A stretch of DNA of 63,518 nucleotides from Microcystaceae cyanobacterium (lineage in GTDB: Bacteria; Cyanobacteriota; Cyanobacteriia; Cyanobacteriales; Microcystaceae). The stretch covers positions 1-63,518 of the forward strand of contig JBBAUO010000021.1 of the NCBI GenBank assembly GCA_040398185.1, given 5' to 3'. The notes below the pieces were generated by a model. It saw only the letters and a program-made list of their open reading frames with translations. It did no database searches and had not been told where the DNA came from. How positions within the stretch are numbered: the first letter of the stretch is position 1; every line of letters begins with the position of its first letter. The translations under genes were made by a program, and so were the position numbers. Below are positions 59,503 through 63,518 of the stretch, piece after piece.

Positions 59503-60270
59503 TTAATTGATTTGATCCTTCCAAGCTTCTAAATTTTGCTTACCTTTTTGGACATAGGGAGAAATAGAGACGAGCTTAATAATAAATTGATTAACTAGAG
59601 AAAGAGGAAACTTGAGAGGGCGTAGAAAATCTACAAAGAGGACGACGCGAATATCATTAGTTTGGTTCCAAGCTTCGTGGGGAAAAGTGTCATCAAAAAT
59701 TAAGCTTTTTCCTTCTTGCCAATGCCGAATTTCATTACCTACCCGAATTTGACAATCCGTTGAGGAATGGGGAACTTTTAAGGCAAGATGATAACGAATA
59801 ACCCCTTTGTAAGGGCCACAATGCTCAGGGATGTGTTTATGGGGTAGTAAAATTGAAAAAAATGCAGTTTTCATACCAGGGATTTGTTCAACTAATTGGG
59901 TAGTTTGAGGACATTTCTGACAATTTTGCTCTGCCTTTAGTCCATAGGCATAGAAAAAGAAAGTCTTCCAACGATGATCTTGAGTAATATCGAGCTGATC
60001 AGGGGAAATATCTTGAAAATTTGGAATATTATTTAAACTTTTTAAAAGTTCATCTAGTTCTTGTCGAATAATTAACCAGTTTTCTTCTAAATTTATGACC
60101 CAGTTAAATTGTCGGCAATCAAAAAAGACTTGATTTTCTACTAAGGAATGCCTATCTAATAAGCCTTCTAGTTTTCGGAAATACTTCTCACCTTGAGTAA
60201 CCACAAACTGATGATGTTTATCACCCATCTTTGAGATAATTTCCTTAATGTTTTTAGCAATAATGTTCAT
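59503..60270 (-). CDS. aspartyl/asparaginyl beta-hydroxylase family (AspH/LpxO-like) Fe(II)/2OG oxygenase
   Basis: 'LLPHKHIPEHCGPYKGVIRYHLALKVP' and 'FDDTFPHEAWN' match the pfam Asp_Arg_Hydrox 2-His-1-carboxylate region. Confidence 0.75.
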   Translation of the reverse strand: MNIIAKNIKEIISKMGDKHHQFVVTQGEKYFRKLEGLLDRHSLVENQVFFDCRQFNWVINLEENWLIIRQELDELLKSLNNIPNFQDISPDQLDITQDHRWKTFFFYAYGLKAEQNCQKCPQTTQLVEQIPGMKTAFFSILLPHKHIPEHCGPYKGVIRYHLALKVPHSSTDCQIRVGNEIRHWQEGKSLIFDDTFPHEAWNQTNDIRVVLFVDFLRPLKFPLSLVNQFIIKLVSISPYVQKGKQNLEAWKDQIN

Positions 60271-60466
60271 AAGTTATTAGAAGCCGATTTCCGTCTCGTA
60301 ATTACTAGCCACTAATCTAGTATATCCAATAATATAGCTCTTGTATTTAGATTGTCAACTTACTGTAAGGATAAGGCCCTTTGACTTCACTCAGTACAAG
60401 CTGCTCAGTGACCACAGGTAACAAATATCGTTCGGAAATTATTGAGGATTGCTATAGCAACATTTA

Positions 60467-62797
60467 TTAGCGTAATTTCACCTTAATTATATGGGGATAA
60501 CCATCAGTCTTAGGATCAAGGGGTGAACCGCTTACCCAAACTTGGTTATCTTGAATCTGAAGAATTTGACGACTTCCACTGCCAGAAAAGTCAAGATTCA
60601 TCTTGGGATACAGATTCGATAAAATGGTTTTATCATCAATCATAACACCTGTTTGATCTGGATGTTGAGAATTTGAAAAAATTCCATTTTTCCAATCTAA
60701 ATTATTAATATTAGAGGGAAGAATTTGACGAGTTAAAGCAAAGTCATTTAAGGAAATTAATAGCTGCGCCTGACAAGATTTAACAGTCAATTTTGCTCGT
60801 TCCTCAGGATAAGCTTTCATCTCTAAAATTGACTCTGTTCCCTTTTGATGTTCAAGAGAAATATGCCAATTGGAGTGACTAGAAGGTGCGCCATAACTGT
60901 AGTTGCCTTTTTTTCCAATAGATTTTTGGTGATCTGTTTTTCGTTCAATAATATTCACTAATCCTCGATTTCCTATTAGAGGAATAGACGTAGGTTTAAC
61001 GGTTAAATAATAATTGAGAGTTATATCAGCATAGTAGATATTATGTTCTTCTTTATTCACCGATTGAGGTGTATTAATTATTAATTTTACTACATCATTT
61101 TTTTCTTGAATAATTTGGCAAATAATGGGTAAAGAATTTAGATGTTTCGGTTGCTCTAGGCGTTGCCAAATTAAGTTATAGAATGTCGCTTCGACCAATT
61201 GGTAGTCCTTAATAAATTCTCTATAAAACCACCAATTTGTTCGTCTTACCCAAGTTTCCCATAAATAAGCATCTTCTCGCAATGTAGTAATATATTCAGG
61301 TTTAAATTGTTCCCAGTTACTTAAATATTGATATCTAGATTTATCTCCTAAAGCATGAATGATATAATCAGTTCCAGTGGGATTGAGCGCTCCGATAATC
61401 ACATCCATTCCCGTTGAGTAAGTAGATAATATTTTTTGTAAGGAAGGTTTATTTTGTAGTTCTTGTTTTAACGTTTTAGCTATTTCAATACTTGATTTCC
61501 ATTTAGGGGATAACCATCCGCCTAACTCTGCTACTTTAATAAATCCTTTTTCTGGTGAAGGAATAGGATAATAAATATAATAGTTAATCACATGAATTAA
61601 AGGAGCAATGACAAAGATTAACATCATAAATAGAGATGCCTGCCGAAAAATAAAGTGAATATTAATTCGTGCTAAAAATCGCTGAATTTTTCCATGGAAT
61701 AATAAATAAATAGACAAAGGAATGGTGAAAAGGGAAACAATACCACTTAACAGAAAATAACGAACACTCATAGTCCCTCCCACGGACGAGAGAATCCCTG
61801 CTGTGTAAACGGTTAAGCTAAGATAGATTAAAAGTAGGTGTTGAATGGTATAAGTTTTAAAATATCCTCGTAAGATAATGATGATAATACTCACCAAATA
61901 AATGCAAGAAAATCCCAAAAATAAAGGATGTTTTAAGAAGTCTTGAGGTGCAAGTATCTTATTATAATTTTCAAACCATACATAATACCAAAATTGATCT
62001 CCAACTACTCCACTAAAATTACTTTTTAACCACTCAGGTAGATGTCCTTGGGTCAACAGCATTCCCATTATATAAAAAGTTGTTGCAGCAGATAATATCG
62101 TTAAGAAAATTTTCCTTAATCTTCTTTTTCTATCTTGGGTAATCGCATAAATAATTGTCAAAAAAATTAAATTAAAAGTCGAGGGAATGCCATAATCATT
62201 CGACCAAAGGGGTTGCATTCCCATTAAGCCACCTATTCCTAAATAAAGTAACCATGAATGAGAGAATGATAGCAAGAGAACTAATAAAATTAAGCTTGTC
62301 AAAAAAGGCAAGGAACTCCGAACATTCAAATTACTTGTTCCAGGGCCGACAATTTCATTAATTAAATGAGAATTCTCGAAAAGAAAAGAAACAATAGTCA
62401 TCACAAAAGAAGCCCAAATTAAAGAAGAATATTTTGTCAGTCCCGAGCAAAAAAATAAAGTCCATAAAACTAAAAAATGCAAGCTTAAAGCGATTGAATA
62501 AATACTGAATTGAGAAGATGCAAAATCCCTCCCTGTCAGAAACGTAAAAAAAGCATTGAGATAGGTCGGACCCAAACCTAAATAAGGATTAAATTCTCTT
62601 CCAGGAATCTGCCCTAATAAAATTCTACGCACTGGGTTAAAGGTTTGAAATGCGCCATTGAGTGGGATATAGTCTAAATTTAATCGATGATAACTTGCTA
62701 TACAATAAATAGACAAAATAACAGATAAAAGAGCGACAAATGGTAAATATTTTTGCCATTCAATACCGAGAAAAATTGTTTTGCGTTCTATTCTCAT
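60467..62797 (-). CDS. large polytopic membrane protein with C-terminal extracytoplasmic domain (possible GT-C-like)
   Basis: 776 aa. ~12-14 TM helices in the first ~420 aa, then ~350-aa hydrophilic domain. First gene of the minus-strand operon with the AspH-like and KS genes. Confidence 0.5.
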   Translation of the reverse strand: MRIERKTIFLGIEWQKYLPFVALLSVILSIYCIASYHRLNLDYIPLNGAFQTFNPVRRILLGQIPGREFNPYLGLGPTYLNAFFTFLTGRDFASSQFSIYSIALSLHFLVLWTLFFCSGLTKYSSLIWASFVMTIVSFLFENSHLINEIVGPGTSNLNVRSSLPFLTSLILLVLLLSFSHSWLLYLGIGGLMGMQPLWSNDYGIPSTFNLIFLTIIYAITQDRKRRLRKIFLTILSAATTFYIMGMLLTQGHLPEWLKSNFSGVVGDQFWYYVWFENYNKILAPQDFLKHPLFLGFSCIYLVSIIIIILRGYFKTYTIQHLLLIYLSLTVYTAGILSSVGGTMSVRYFLLSGIVSLFTIPLSIYLLFHGKIQRFLARINIHFIFRQASLFMMLIFVIAPLIHVINYYIYYPIPSPEKGFIKVAELGGWLSPKWKSSIEIAKTLKQELQNKPSLQKILSTYSTGMDVIIGALNPTGTDYIIHALGDKSRYQYLSNWEQFKPEYITTLREDAYLWETWVRRTNWWFYREFIKDYQLVEATFYNLIWQRLEQPKHLNSLPIICQIIQEKNDVVKLIINTPQSVNKEEHNIYYADITLNYYLTVKPTSIPLIGNRGLVNIIERKTDHQKSIGKKGNYSYGAPSSHSNWHISLEHQKGTESILEMKAYPEERAKLTVKSCQAQLLISLNDFALTRQILPSNINNLDWKNGIFSNSQHPDQTGVMIDDKTILSNLYPKMNLDFSGSGSRQILQIQDNQVWVSGSPLDPKTDGYPHIIKVKLR

Positions 62798-63518
62798 AAA
62801 TCTTTAAGGATTGATAGGATTAAACTGACTCAAAGTAAGCTATCTCGTCCGAAAGGGACGAGGCTTTGAATAGCCTGAATCTATTGGATAAGCCAATAAA
62901 CTCGAAGCTTTAGGTTGGCTTACATTCAACCCCACTAAAGCAAAATTATTTCAGAAGTGTTTTGTCTCCATCCTCAGTCCATCCAGGCACTTTATTACTA
63001 CAATTTCTGTTGCTCTATACTGACTTGAAGCTTGACGACTAGGGTTAGGACTTTGTCCTATGGCTCTAAAAACTTGCTACTATGATTATACTTTAGAAGG
63101 GGATAGAATTAAAGCTTTTCTGAGATTTTAAACTGAGCATCGTCGAAGAGCGGGGGTTCAGACCCAATCTTTTCTTTTCTGAGCAAGTTTTGCTTTCATC
63201 TTATTGCCAGAGATCATGGGCAAATTCTTTTAGATAAAAGGGTTTGGAGAGTAATAAGTGGGTACACAAAATAAATTACCCAAAATTAGTAGAAGCGGGT
63301 TTAGCCAGAAGCCTTGTCAAATAAACGATATGATTCGCTCAAAACCCACCCACTTCCGTGTAGTTAATTGTGTTTCTTACTTTTCCCGCTAAGTTCAAAA
63401 TGCAGTCTGTAAGGGCATTATAGCCTTGGGGTAGTTTTAGTGATATAGTACAGAAAAGTTTTTGGGTGGAGGTCAAAAAATGTTGGAATGGTGGGTGAAA
63501 AATTTTGCCAGTTGCGCC

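Noticed and set aside
62835-62853. Hairpin CTCGTCC-gaaag-GGACGAG looked like a terminator
   Set aside because: It lies upstream of the minus-strand membrane-protein gene start and no plus-strand gene ends nearby. No U-tract in either orientation.
63257-63356. Imperfect inverted repeat AAGTGGGT ... ACCCACTT ~85 nt apart near the window end, possible MITE
   Set aside because: Only 8 bp and imperfect flanks. No target duplication visible. Insufficient evidence.

Overview
This 63.5-kb window looks like a cyanobacterial chromosome segment. I could find the HIP1 octamer GCGATCGC at least 24 times in the first ~47 kb. Codon usage, photosynthesis-linked PAM68 and GlnB, and many cyanobacteria-restricted DUF-type ORFs also fit a unicellular Cyanothece/Crocosphaera-like organism. 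I cannot name the species from sequence alone. Most of 0–50 kb is dense housekeeping DNA: surE, chrA, rlmN, DAHP synthase, rpsO, gap, murC-murB, ybaB, tpiA, glnB, sfsA, relA/spoT, queA, PspA/IM30, flotillin, Bcp, a Crp-family regulator and several transporters. Three accessory patches stand out. (1) At ~28.2–30.3 kb there is a decayed and re-seeded toxin-antitoxin islet: a higA-like pseudogene remnant, a small AT-rich secreted-protein gene, an orphan Phd/VapB-like antitoxin, and an intact AbrB/SpoVT-type antitoxin plus RelE/ParE-like toxin pair. (2) At 32.65–34.48 kb there is an IS200/IS605-family element (Y1 transposase TnpA plus RNA-guided TnpB) wedged between two convergent genes. Its TCAA right end supplies the stop codon of an unusual HTH–GrpE-like fusion gene. 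(3) The last ~13 kb (50.7–63.5 kb) is visibly AT-rich and has no HIP1 copy that I can find. It carries a compact envelope/lipid-modification cluster: a KDSR-like SDR, a secreted SRPBCC protein, three alpha/beta hydrolases (one with an N-terminal DUF1400-type domain), a GT39/ArnT-like membrane glycosyltransferase, a stand-alone type-I PKS ketosynthase with a catalytically dead truncated AT and no ACP, an AspH/LpxO-type beta-hydroxylase and a 776-aa polytopic membrane protein. I regard this cluster as the best candidate for an undescribed, probably horizontally acquired system. No rRNA, tRNA or CRISPR array was recognisable. The ORF track uses alternative start codons, and several starts (murC, glnB, NUDIX, TnpB, hydrolases) were re-placed by reading the sequence.
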